Below the pieces are notes generated by a model, which was given only the letters and a program-made list of their open reading frames with translations, was not told the origin of the DNA and did no database searches. Below are positions 36,170 to 45,184 of a DNA stretch of 64,000 nucleotides, one piece after another. The position numbers and the translations under genes are program-made. The stretch is from Nanobdellota archaeon (GTDB lineage Archaea > Aenigmatarchaeota > Aenigmatarchaeia > QMZP01): positions 321,453-385,452 of the forward strand of contig JAHIVW010000003.1 in NCBI GenBank assembly GCA_018816245.1, written 5' to 3'. The stretch's first letter is position 1. The number at the start of each line of letters is the position of its first letter.

Positions 36170-38146
36170 TCAGTCACTCCTTCGTTTTATAAGCTCCTCT
36201 GGTTTCACGATCGCGTATGTGGGATCACAGGAACCATATGACTGTGTGTTGCCGGTGAGGATTTTTGTAATTTGTTCGATCGGTGCTGTTGCCTTGTTCT
36301 TGGTGATTATTGTTGCTGCAGCTGCGAGCACGGTATCCGGTGTTTTTGTTTGGAGGCTATCAGGGTCAAAGGCGTCATCCTCTGTGGTAACCTTCCCTAC
36401 TGGTTTGATGAAGTGGTTGTATTGTTCCTTAATCTTCCGCATTTGTTCGGAACTGATGTTCCGATGATACATATCATCCTTCAATTGTTTTCCTGTTTTC
36501 CGTTCCCAGACATCCCGAGGGATGCTGAACTTCTCCTGTACCTTGTCCCGGTACAATCCTGGGATCACGTTGAACGTGCAGAATGGGAGCACGCGACCGT
36601 CAGGAACAGCGTAGTGAATGTCGCATTTGTGGACACGGTCAATGTCCCAGTTGTACGGGTCCTGGAAATGCATCATCCCGAGGAACAATGATTTGAGATG
36701 GAACGCTGCAAGCCCGTGGTAGTTTCCCCCGCCAACGGCACCACTGAGGAGCTTGACAATGTTGAGATTCTGCGGCTTCTTTTTCGAGTCAACGAACTTG
36801 TTCAGGTTCAGGAGCAGCTTGGCGAGCACAACCTTTTTCTTGATTTTCCTGTGCTTGCTGCCGGTAAGTTCCCGTGTCAACTCGCCAAGGTAGTTGAAAA
36901 AGCCTTCCACATCGACAAACGATGGGAGAGGAATGAGTTTGCCGTGCTCATCCTTGAATACGTATGTTGCCATGCCACAGGAGAAGTGCACGGATAACCG
37001 ATACTTTGGTTCCTGTTTGAGCGCTTCGATGAAATCAGTGATCTGTTTTGCACAGGGAACAGGGAACCAGGCGTCCTTGCTGATTTCTCCTGCAGTCTGC
37101 GCTTGGATCCGGTTGATTGAACCAGGAATCGTGATCCGCTGCTTTCGGCGCTGGCGTTCCGGCATGCGGCCAACGAGGGACACGGGCTGGAAGTTCACCG
37201 CGCGCACGGCGTGGATGTTGCCGGATGCGAAGCGGATGATGTCACCCAGTTCGTGATCATTCACGCCGCCGATCACGGTCGGGACCAGCACAACCCCGAT
37301 CCCCGCCTTGTGGCAGTTCTCGATTGCTTGTTGTGCTTCCCAATAATTCTTCGGATTTGTCGACGGGGCCATGCCGTCGAAGGACATGTACAGGTTGGAC
37401 ACGCCGGCCTCGCGGAGGCGCAGGGGAAGGTTCGGATCGCGCGACAGGTTGATCCCGTTGGTGTTCAACTGTATATGATCGTACCCAAGTTCTTTGGCGA
37501 GCTTGATGATGTCAATCAAGTCTTCACGAAGGGTTGGTTCGCCGCCCGTGAACTGAACGGAGTTGGCGCCGACGGGCTTTTCATCCCGCATGCGCGAGAG
37601 CATAAGTTTCATCTGGTCCATGGTCGGTTCATAGATCGGGTCGCCTTCTTTGCTGTAAAAGAAACAGTACCAGCAGGACAGATCGCAGCGATTGGTTACC
37701 ACAATATTACCGAGGCCGGTATGACTTTCATGATTTGCACACAGGCCGCAGTCAGTCGGACAGTTGATGTCACCTTTTTCTATATGCGGGTTCTGGATTT
37801 CGATGCCGGGATCCTGGAATCGCTCTGCTTTTTGGTACAATCCGTAATCTGACCAGTAGACTTCCTTGAAGGGGCCGTGCTTCGGGCAGGACTTCTTGAT
37901 CCAGACCTTGTTGTGCTTCAGATAGGTGACGGCATCGATTTTCATGGTGTTCCACTGTTTGTCCTCGACGCAGCCAGGACAGAGGGACTGGTGGAACTTG
38001 AGCAAGCGGACATCCCCTTCATCTGCGAGGAGAGCGACGAGCTGCTGCTTCCGCTCAGCGGTAAAGTCGTTCACATACGGGGAGGTCGGGACAGCCAAGA
38101 AGTCCTCCCGGGTATGCTGGGTTGCTTGGGGATAAGCGTTCACCAT
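36170..38146 (-). CDS. Radical SAM protein, tetraether lipid synthase-like (Tes / GDGT-MAS, MJ0619-type)
   Basis: The N-terminus has a rubredoxin-like CPGC...CPKHG. The radical SAM motif is NRCDLSCWYCFF, with VQFTGGEPTL. The protein is long (658 aa). The family call rests on recalled motifs only. Confidence 0.55.
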   Translation of the reverse strand: MVNAYPQATQHTREDFLAVPTSPYVNDFTAERKQQLVALLADEGDVRLLKFHQSLCPGCVEDKQWNTMKIDAVTYLKHNKVWIKKSCPKHGPFKEVYWSDYGLYQKAERFQDPGIEIQNPHIEKGDINCPTDCGLCANHESHTGLGNIVVTNRCDLSCWYCFFYSKEGDPIYEPTMDQMKLMLSRMRDEKPVGANSVQFTGGEPTLREDLIDIIKLAKELGYDHIQLNTNGINLSRDPNLPLRLREAGVSNLYMSFDGMAPSTNPKNYWEAQQAIENCHKAGIGVVLVPTVIGGVNDHELGDIIRFASGNIHAVRAVNFQPVSLVGRMPERQRRKQRITIPGSINRIQAQTAGEISKDAWFPVPCAKQITDFIEALKQEPKYRLSVHFSCGMATYVFKDEHGKLIPLPSFVDVEGFFNYLGELTRELTGSKHRKIKKKVVLAKLLLNLNKFVDSKKKPQNLNIVKLLSGAVGGGNYHGLAAFHLKSLFLGMMHFQDPYNWDIDRVHKCDIHYAVPDGRVLPFCTFNVIPGLYRDKVQEKFSIPRDVWERKTGKQLKDDMYHRNISSEQMRKIKEQYNHFIKPVGKVTTEDDAFDPDSLQTKTPDTVLAAAATIITKNKATAPIEQITKILTGNTQSYGSCDPTYAIVKPEELIKRRSD

Positions 38147-38160
38147 GCAGCTTCCTCCAA

Positions 38161-38188
38161 CATTTGAAAGTTATCAAATGTTTCAAAT
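38161..38188. promoter_or_regulatory. Nested inverted repeats between a TATA-like element and the radical SAM start
   Basis: CATTTGA-AAGTTA-TCAAATG spans 38161-38180, and ATTTGAAA-N11-TTTCAAAT spans 38162-38188. A TATA-like TTATATGT (minus-strand sense) lies at about 38203-38210. Confidence 0.35.
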
Positions 38189-38233
38189 ATTGAACTTCAG
38201 AGACATATAAGCGTTTTCTGTATTTTGACTCTT

Positions 38234-39085
38234 TTATACATAGTGTTTGAGCATCATTGAAAGATCAATGTTCGAGATATCCCGCGTCGCCGGGACACCC
38301 TTCTCATAGACCGAAACTTCACCATCATAGGTCGGCCGGTCCTCCTTGAAGAACAACCCAAGTGGCAGTTTGTCAGTTCGCCGAGCGAGCTTCATGGCCT
38401 CGTCCCAGTTGGCAGGATCGTTTCCTTGAAGGACTTGCGTATTCTCCTGATACCATTGAGGCGTGTTCGCCCGGTTATAGTTGACGCATGGTTGCAACAC
38501 ATCGACAAACGCGTAGCCTTTGTGGTTGAGAGCATCAACAAACAATTCCTTGAGCTGGGAGACGTTCAGCGCATAGCCGCGGGCAACATAACTGGCACCC
38601 ATAGTCAAGGCGAGCGCCAGCGGATTCACCGGGGTTTCCAGCGCACCATGTGGTGACGATGGTGATTTGAACCCTTTCTTACTCGTTGGGGAATACTGCC
38701 CTTTTGTCAGCCCGTATACCTGGTTGTCCTGCACGATGTGCACGATATCAAGATTGCGGCGCATGGTATGCATGAAGTGGTTGCCACCAATGCCGTACGT
38801 ATCACCATCGCCGGAGATGGCAATCACCGTCAAGGTCGGATTTGCCAGCTTGATGCCCATAGCAACCGGCAACCCGCGACCGTGCAACCCTTCGAAGCCG
38901 TACGTCTTGACGTAGTGCGGAATCTTTGAACCACAGCCGATTCCTGAAACAATAACAACATCCTTCGGATCAATAACGAGTTCTGCGAGCGCATTCTTCA
39001 ATGACGCGAGGATGGTGTGGTCACCGCACCCCGGACACCAGGTTGGTGTTTCCTGTGTTGTGAGATCAGCAAGAGAAATCGTCAT
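38234..39085 (-). CDS. 2-oxoacid:ferredoxin oxidoreductase beta subunit (TPP-binding)
   Basis: TWCPGCGDHTIL and GDGDTYGIGGNHF motifs. Confidence 0.92.
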   Translation of the reverse strand: MTISLADLTTQETPTWCPGCGDHTILASLKNALAELVIDPKDVVIVSGIGCGSKIPHYVKTYGFEGLHGRGLPVAMGIKLANPTLTVIAISGDGDTYGIGGNHFMHTMRRNLDIVHIVQDNQVYGLTKGQYSPTSKKGFKSPSSPHGALETPVNPLALALTMGASYVARGYALNVSQLKELFVDALNHKGYAFVDVLQPCVNYNRANTPQWYQENTQVLQGNDPANWDEAMKLARRTDKLPLGLFFKEDRPTYDGEVSVYEKGVPATRDISNIDLSMMLKHYV

Positions 39086-40896
39086 ACAATCATCTCCTTG
39101 ATCGCGGCAACAATGTCTTCAGGATCAAAGGGCCGACCGTCATACCGCAAGATCTTTTCTTTAATGGTAATTAGGCACTGTTCCCGGATCAGGGAACCGA
39201 GTTGACTGGTCATGTTACTTTCCACAAGGACCAGTTGTTTCGCCTTTTTCAAAATCCGGGAAACCGTCTCTGTAGGAAACGGGCTGAGATACATGAGCTG
39301 TAGGAAATTCGTTGCAACACCATCTGATTTCAGGAGCTTCATTGCCTCGAGGATCGGCCCTTTCGGTGATCCCCAGCTGACAAAAGTGATCGGCGCATCA
39401 GCCGGACCGATGAGTTTCGGTTGCGGCAGGGTCTTGGCGAGCTGCTCAATCTTGCGGAACCGCTTCTGGTGCATGGCGACCCGGACTGCTGGCTCTTCAC
39501 ACTCGTTTCCTTCCTCGTCGTGTTCGTAACTTGAAGCAACAAACATACAACCGGGAATGCCGGGCCGAGCCCGCGGTGACACTGCGTCCTTGGTCAATGC
39601 GTACCGCTTGTAGTTCTGTTGTGCTGTTGTTACCATTTTCCCGCGGTGCACAGAAAGCTGGTGTGGTAGGGGATCGACTGAACAATAACTTTCTGCAAGG
39701 TACTTGTCTGAAAGAAGAATCACCGGCAGCTGGTATTGATCCGCAAGGTTGAATGCCTCGAACCCGAGTGTGTAGTTCTCAGCGGCATCTCCGGGGGCGA
39801 CCACAACGCGCGGGAATTCGTCCGTTGACGCATGCAACACATACTGGAGATCACCTTGGCCAGAATGCGTTGCCATGCCTGATCCCGGGCCAGGACGCAT
39901 GACGTTTGCCACCACAAGCGGTGTTTCTGTTTGCGCTGCAAGACCGAGTCCTTCAACCATCAGCGCAAAACCGCCGCCACTTGTTGCGGTCATGGACCGC
40001 GCGCCCGCGTAGCTTGCACCGATCGCCGCATTGATCGCGGTAATCTCGTCTTCCGTATGCTTGACCACAATATTGTAGTCTTTCTCATTCGCTGCAACCG
40101 TGTGCAGGATGGATGAGGCAGGTGTCATCGGGTATGCGGCAAAAAACGTGAGGCCTGCTTTGATTGCGCCAGCGGTCATGGCTTCGTTGCCAGACATGAA
40201 CAGTCTCTGCGGGCCAGGTTGTTTCTTCAATGAAACAGGAAATGGTTTTCCTTTGACCAGATCGTATCCTGCTTGGGCGGCCTTAATATTCTTCTGAACA
40301 ACCGCATCGCCTTTCTTCTCAAAGGTTTCTGTGAGGATGGCGATAAATGATGAGAGCGCAACACCGAGCAGGCCAATCGTTGCCCCCATGGCAACCACGT
40401 TTCGCATGATGGGGCCGCCGCATGCGCTTGCGGTCTTGAGGAGGGGAAGCGGGAAGAGTGCAATGTCGCTCCGTTTGAGACTCTCGACGCTCACCTTGAG
40501 GGTGTCTCCGTCGTAAATGATCCCGCCGCCAGGGATGATCTTGCTCGCGTGCTTGTCAACTGCTTCCTGATTCAGGGCAACGAGGAGATCAACCCATTTT
40601 GTGTGGGATGCAAGCGGCTTGTCTGAGACACGGATATCAAGATGATTGTGCCCGCCGCGGATCAGGCTGGGATATTCTGCTGACGCAAAGACGTATAAGC
40701 CGTCCCGCATGCACAGCTTGGCGAACATGCGGCCAGCGTTCAGGATCCCGTCGCCTGCTGCTCCCGCAATCTTCCAGGAAAGGTTGTTGATCCGTTTCCC
40801 TCCCGTGATTGAGCCGTGGGCAGGTGAAGTAGTAGGGATTGTTGCAACCGCGTTTGCGCGTGGAATCATAGCCTCATCCTTCGTGACATACTTCAA
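39082..40896 (-). CDS. 2-oxoacid:ferredoxin oxidoreductase alpha subunit (fused gamma-alpha type)
   Basis: 604 aa. The N-terminus is gamma-like (GAGDGILNAG) and an alpha domain follows. There is a 4-nt overlap with the beta gene. Confidence 0.9.
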   Translation of the reverse strand: MKYVTKDEAMIPRANAVATIPTTSPAHGSITGGKRINNLSWKIAGAAGDGILNAGRMFAKLCMRDGLYVFASAEYPSLIRGGHNHLDIRVSDKPLASHTKWVDLLVALNQEAVDKHASKIIPGGGIIYDGDTLKVSVESLKRSDIALFPLPLLKTASACGGPIMRNVVAMGATIGLLGVALSSFIAILTETFEKKGDAVVQKNIKAAQAGYDLVKGKPFPVSLKKQPGPQRLFMSGNEAMTAGAIKAGLTFFAAYPMTPASSILHTVAANEKDYNIVVKHTEDEITAINAAIGASYAGARSMTATSGGGFALMVEGLGLAAQTETPLVVANVMRPGPGSGMATHSGQGDLQYVLHASTDEFPRVVVAPGDAAENYTLGFEAFNLADQYQLPVILLSDKYLAESYCSVDPLPHQLSVHRGKMVTTAQQNYKRYALTKDAVSPRARPGIPGCMFVASSYEHDEEGNECEEPAVRVAMHQKRFRKIEQLAKTLPQPKLIGPADAPITFVSWGSPKGPILEAMKLLKSDGVATNFLQLMYLSPFPTETVSRILKKAKQLVLVESNMTSQLGSLIREQCLITIKEKILRYDGRPFDPEDIVAAIKEMIV

Positions 40897-40973
40897 ATAT
40901 CCCGTGCTGCGGTCTTCGACAATGAACGGGAATTGTGTCTTATAGGAAAGATATAAGAAGGAATAACTGGTTC

Positions 40974-41132
40974 TTACAGCACAAACTTCACAATCAGCTC
41001 AAAGGCAACAAGAATCGCGATCGCCCCAACAATATGTTCGGGTCGGATCTTCGGACCCTTGGCAGATTCGTCGTAGTAGTTGACCAGTCCACCGCTTGAC
41101 TGCGGCATATAGTTCCGTTGCTGCTTCGCCAT
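40974..41132 (-). CDS. secG: Preprotein translocase subunit Sec61beta (archaeal SecG)
   Basis: 52 aa, below the ORF-track cutoff. Manual translation gives MAKQQRNYMPQSSGGLVNYYDESAKGPKIRPEHIVGAIAILVAFELIVKFVL, matching the archaeal Sec61beta pattern (SxGL.xYxDE...PEHV.G plus a TM helix). Confidence 0.8.
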   Translation of the reverse strand: MAKQQRNYMPQSSGGLVNYYDESAKGPKIRPEHIVGAIAILVAFELIVKFVL

Positions 41133-41162
41133 GGCTGGATTTAGCCGCAGAGGTTTAAAAGG

Positions 41163-41435
41163 TTACTTTCCGGTTGCCCAGGCCTTCAGTTTCTCGTAGG
41201 TCGTGGTGCCGCAGATCCACTTCCCGGTCTTTTTGTTGAAAAGGAAGGGAACGCCGCCGCACTTGCCGCCGTCCAGCTCCTGCCACATGGCTGCATTCTC
41301 TGCGTTGTGCCAGACCTCCAGATGGGTCAGTTCAATCCCGGCTTCTTCTTTCAAGCGGTCGAAGAGCGGTTCCAGTTCATGGCAGTGTTTGCATTCCGTT
41401 CCGTAGAAAACAATTAGATTCGGGTCTGCTGCCAT
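41163..41435 (-). CDS. Thioredoxin-fold / glutaredoxin-like protein
   Basis: FYGTECKHCHELEP is the CxxC motif, with GGVPFLF further on. Confidence 0.75.
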   Translation of the reverse strand: MAADPNLIVFYGTECKHCHELEPLFDRLKEEAGIELTHLEVWHNAENAAMWQELDGGKCGGVPFLFNKKTGKWICGTTTYEKLKAWATGK

Positions 41436-41465
41436 GCCTTCTCCTTGGCACGGGAAGTATAAAAG

Positions 41466-42659
41466 TCAGAGCGGCAGAATGTGGCCGAGCTTTTCCTTTT
41501 TTGTTTTAAGGTAGTTCTTGTTGAACGGGTTTGGGTGCACAAAAATCGGCACGGTTTTCGTAATAGTCAACCCGTGTCCTTCGATTCCCACAACCTTGCG
41601 TGGATTGTTGGTCATCAACCTAATTGTTGACAAGCCGAGGTCCTTCAGGATTTGTGCGCCGATGCCGTAATCGCGAAGATCATGCGGCAAACCGAGTTGC
41701 TCGTTTGCTTCAACGGTGTCGAATCCCCTGTCTTGCAGCTCGTATGCACGCATTTTGTTTTCCAAACCAATCCCGCGGCCTTCCTGTTTCATGTACAACA
41801 GCACCCCGGTCCCTTCGGTTGCGATCTTTTTGAGTGCGCTGTCAATCTGCGGGCCGCAGTCGCAACGGAGTGACCGGAAAACTTCGCCGGTGAGACACGC
41901 AGAATGAACGCGAACCAAGACGTTTTCTTTCCCGTGAACGTCTCCTTTGAGGAGTGCAATGTGATGTTGTCCGTCCAGTTGTGACCGGTAGGTAATCGCC
42001 CGGAAATTTCCGTAGGTTGTTGGGAGACTGATTTCTGCAACACGGTGGATGTGGTTTTCTGTTTTTCTGCGATATGCAATCAAATCACTGATGGAAATCA
42101 ACTTCACGTTGTGCTGCTTCGCAAAATCATGGAGCGCTAGCAGCCGCATCATACTCCCGTCTTGGTGCATGAGTTCGCTGATGATTGCGCCTTCGCGCAG
42201 ACCAGCGAGTCGACACAGATCAACGCCGGCTTCTGTATGACCAGTTCGTTTAAGGACACCCCCATCTTGTGCGCGAAGCGGAAACACATGGCCAGGACGC
42301 CGCAGGTCATGCGGCTTCGCTGCAGGATGAATTGCTGCTCGGATGGTTTGCGCGCGGTCAGGTGCAGAAATGCCGGTCGTAATGCCACGTGCTGCTTCAA
42401 TACTGACTGTGAATGAGGTACCAAATCGTGATGTGTTTTGGTGGACCATGGGAGGAAGGTCCAATTGATCGGCAATGGCATTGTTCAGGGCAAGACACAC
42501 GATCCCGCCGGTGTGATGGATGATAAACGCCATCTTCTCTGAGGTGACATGTTCTGCGGCAAGAATGAGATCGCCCTCGTTCTCCCGGTCTTTGTCGTCA
42601 ACGACGATCACCAGCTTCCCCTGCCGAAAATCAGCAATCGCCTCATCGATCGTGTCCAT
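41466..42659 (-). CDS. ribBA: Bifunctional 3,4-dihydroxy-2-butanone-4-phosphate synthase / GTP cyclohydrolase II
   Basis: The RibB half has [18 protein letters not shown]...HTGGIVC. The RibA half has [23 protein letters not shown]...EGRGIGL. Confidence 0.93.
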   Translation of the reverse strand: MDTIDEAIADFRQGKLVIVVDDKDRENEGDLILAAEHVTSEKMAFIIHHTGGIVCLALNNAIADQLDLPPMVHQNTSRFGTSFTVSIEAARGITTGISAPDRAQTIRAAIHPAAKPHDLRRPGHVFPLRAQDGGVLKRTGHTEAGVDLCRLAGLREGAIISELMHQDGSMMRLLALHDFAKQHNVKLISISDLIAYRRKTENHIHRVAEISLPTTYGNFRAITYRSQLDGQHHIALLKGDVHGKENVLVRVHSACLTGEVFRSLRCDCGPQIDSALKKIATEGTGVLLYMKQEGRGIGLENKMRAYELQDRGFDTVEANEQLGLPHDLRDYGIGAQILKDLGLSTIRLMTNNPRKVVGIEGHGLTITKTVPIFVHPNPFNKNYLKTKKEKLGHILPL

Positions 42660-42702
42660 GATCGTGGTTTCCCTATTGAGATTTAAGAAAGGAAGGGGAG
42701 GG

Positions 42703-42915
42703 CTATTGCGCCCCTAAGAGTTCTGCTTCGAGGTTGCTGAGGTCCCCGTCATCGACGAGCTTGTTCAGCTCTGTTTCGAGCGCGGCATCGATCTCGTCGT
42801 CAACGACACTCCCTGAGACCGGGAGTGTCGGTGCCTTTTCACGGGGAAGGGCCGCAGCAAACGCAACCACTGCGATGATCGCCACGAGGACGATGGTGAC
42901 AGTAACACGGTTCAT
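42703..42915 (-). CDS. Small secreted acidic protein (paralog of 44934-45131)
   Basis: N-terminal hydrophobic signal/anchor, then [34 protein letters not shown]. Confidence 0.5.
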   Translation of the reverse strand: MNRVTVTIVLVAIIAVVAFAAALPREKAPTLPVSGSVVDDEIDAALETELNKLVDDGDLSNLEAELLGAQ

Positions 42916-42926
42916 TGGGTCACCAT

Positions 42927-43832
42927 TTAGTCGTCAACGGATGCAGTGACAGCAGCGTTGAGTTTGTTTTTGAGTTCTGGCGCTTTGATGCGGACAAGCT
43001 CCAATTTCTCTTTTATGTTTTTGATTTGTTCTGTGGAGATTGCCGTCAATGCATTAGATTGGTCGTCTTCGTCAAGCGAACGCCAGACAGCGAGTTGCGC
43101 TTGGACGGCATTTGCATTACCAGAGCCAAAGTTGACTGGTATTGTTTCAAGCACATTCTTGCAGTCTTCTTTATTAGCGGTGCAGAGTTCGCGAAGACGC
43201 AATCGAACGCGGGCATCCTCGTTCGCGATTTCAGCGTACCCAGCAATTTGTGCCCGAACCCTGTGGGTATAACCGAGTTCGTTACCGTTTTCTTCAGCGT
43301 CAGTTTCGTCTTCCTCGTCCAGACCGGTTACGATCTGCTGTTTGATGACAACGTCCCACTCTTCGCCATTAAGCGTCATGGTTCCTCGTACACGTTCGTT
43401 CCCATCCTCTTTGATGCTGACTGCGAGATCGATGGTACCGACCTGTTGTGTGCTTCCATGAAGGAAGAGATCGCCTGTGACACTGAGCGCTTCGCTGTTG
43501 TAGACGGGATTCTTGATTTGATAGAGTTCTGTTTTCCCGTCATCATTCCCATCGAATTTCAGGAGTCCTGCTGTCTTTTCTGCATTCCCTGCGGTTGTGC
43601 TCACTAGAGCCCGTGCAATGACAACGTGGATTCGCCGAGCGCCTTCGAGATCGTCAAGAGTATAGGTCCCATCAGCGTTTTTGGGAACAGCGAATCCTTG
43701 GCCAACAATGTGAACCTTTGTGAATTTGACACTCTTCCCTTGGTTGCCGAGGCCTTGCGCTGCAGCAATTCCAATGGTCAAGGTGCTTGCAATGAGCACA
43801 ACAACCATGAGGGCTGCGATGATTCCTTTCAT
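42927..43832 (-). CDS. Secreted protein, function unknown (~301 aa)
   Basis: Signal peptide MKGIIAALMVVVLIASTLTIGIAAAQG, then a beta-rich N-terminal half, an acidic linker and a helical C-terminus. Confidence 0.55.
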   Translation of the reverse strand: MKGIIAALMVVVLIASTLTIGIAAAQGLGNQGKSVKFTKVHIVGQGFAVPKNADGTYTLDDLEGARRIHVVIARALVSTTAGNAEKTAGLLKFDGNDDGKTELYQIKNPVYNSEALSVTGDLFLHGSTQQVGTIDLAVSIKEDGNERVRGTMTLNGEEWDVVIKQQIVTGLDEEDETDAEENGNELGYTHRVRAQIAGYAEIANEDARVRLRLRELCTANKEDCKNVLETIPVNFGSGNANAVQAQLAVWRSLDEDDQSNALTAISTEQIKNIKEKLELVRIKAPELKNKLNAAVTASVDD

Positions 43833-43963
43833 ATAGTTTCCTCCTTGATTTGAAACAACGGAGCCTTTGAGTATTGACACCGTTCCGTTGTAATATCTTG
43901 TTCTTAGTGTCTTCCCCTATGAATACTGCCCGTGAAACAGTTTGAAACAGTTGTCTGAAACAA

Positions 43964-44902
43964 TTATTTTTTCTCGGGAGTGAGTTCAAGAAGGTTCTGC
44001 TGCGGCGGTTCCTGCTGCTTTTCTTGAAGAGGGATTGATTTTCCAGTCCAGGTTAGCCTGTTCGTCCTTCCTGCCTTTTCCTTCTTGATCAGGCCGCGGG
44101 CCTCGAGCTTCTTCACGATCCTCGTCATCTTGGCCCGGGAGAACCCGAACTGCCGTTCAATCTTGTTCTGGTAGACGATCTTTGTTTTCTGGACAGCAAC
44201 AATCACCTTGCGTTCATCTTCAAAGAAGGAGAGCAGGAACTGGCTTCGGTGCCGGCGGCGGAGGAAGAAGATGACCGCCACAAGGATACCGATCCCCGCG
44301 GCTGCGGCGAGGATGAGCAGGAACGAGTCTTGCAGGGGAATGCCGCTCTCGAACTGAATCGAAAAGAACTGGGTGCCCTTCGGATCTGTGATCGTCCAGG
44401 TGTACCCAATTTGTTCACCATCTGACACCGGTGTCCCGCTGCCAGGAAAGACACTATTCCCAACAGCAACATAGCCTTTGGGGAGATACGCAGTAACATG
44501 CAAAGTCGTGACTCCGGACGGTGGAGAAAAGGGAAATGTGAACACAAATCCTTCATCATTGGAGAACAGCACGTCTGATGTGGAAAATGAAAGCAGGATA
44601 TCATGGGTTCCCGCCGCTGCAGGGAAGGTCATGGTTGTGAGCCCGTCGTTCCTCGTAATTGTTGGTTCAATGGGTTGGTTGTCGACCAGGATTACCAGAT
44701 TTGTCACCGCCCCATTCACATCATACGAGAGTTCACGGGACTCAGGAAGAGGTTCTGTCAAGAGAATGTGAATTGTTTCCTCTGCCGTGTCAGTGGTGAG
44801 GTCAAACATGATCTCGTACGTGGTGATCGGTAGGGCGCGTCCCTGCGGAATGAGGGAGAGTATGACGAGAAGCGCGATCACGATGCTGATTCTCCTCTTC
44901 AT
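43964..44902 (-). CDS. Membrane-anchored winged-helix regulator with extracellular sensor-like domain (COG2512-like architecture)
   Basis: A signal peptide, a ~190-aa extracytoplasmic beta-rich domain, one TM helix (FLLILAAAAGIGILVAVIFFL), then a cytoplasmic wHTH (FSRAKMTRIVKKLEARGLIKKEKAGRTNRL). Confidence 0.65.
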   Translation of the reverse strand: MKRRISIVIALLVILSLIPQGRALPITTYEIMFDLTTDTAEETIHILLTEPLPESRELSYDVNGAVTNLVILVDNQPIEPTITRNDGLTTMTFPAAAGTHDILLSFSTSDVLFSNDEGFVFTFPFSPPSGVTTLHVTAYLPKGYVAVGNSVFPGSGTPVSDGEQIGYTWTITDPKGTQFFSIQFESGIPLQDSFLLILAAAAGIGILVAVIFFLRRRHRSQFLLSFFEDERKVIVAVQKTKIVYQNKIERQFGFSRAKMTRIVKKLEARGLIKKEKAGRTNRLTWTGKSIPLQEKQQEPPQQNLLELTPEKK

Positions 44903-44933
44903 AGCAACCGAATAGAAAGGAGGTTAAAAAGGA

Positions 44934-45131
44934 CTAGAGATCGCCGAGGAGCTCGTTTTGAAGATCATCAAGAGATTCATCTGGGAGTTGGTTCAATTCA
45001 TTCTCGAGTGCCGTGTTGATCTCGTCGTCAACGTTCGCCGTCGCCCCATTGTCGCCTCCGGTGTCTGCTGGGATTGTGGTACAGCCGGCAACAAGGAGAA
45101 TGGCAATGAGTGCGAACAAGAGGAGTTTCAT
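44934..45131 (-). CDS. Small secreted acidic protein with lipobox-like signal (paralog of 42703-42915)
   Basis: MKLLLFALIAILLVAGC followed by NVDDEINTALENELNQLPDESLDDLQNELLGDL. Confidence 0.5.
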   Translation of the reverse strand: MKLLLFALIAILLVAGCTTIPADTGGDNGATANVDDEINTALENELNQLPDESLDDLQNELLGDL

Positions 45132-45184
45132 TAATATTCTTTGTCCTGTTCCTATAAATACACTGTCCTGTAATAGGCGATAGT

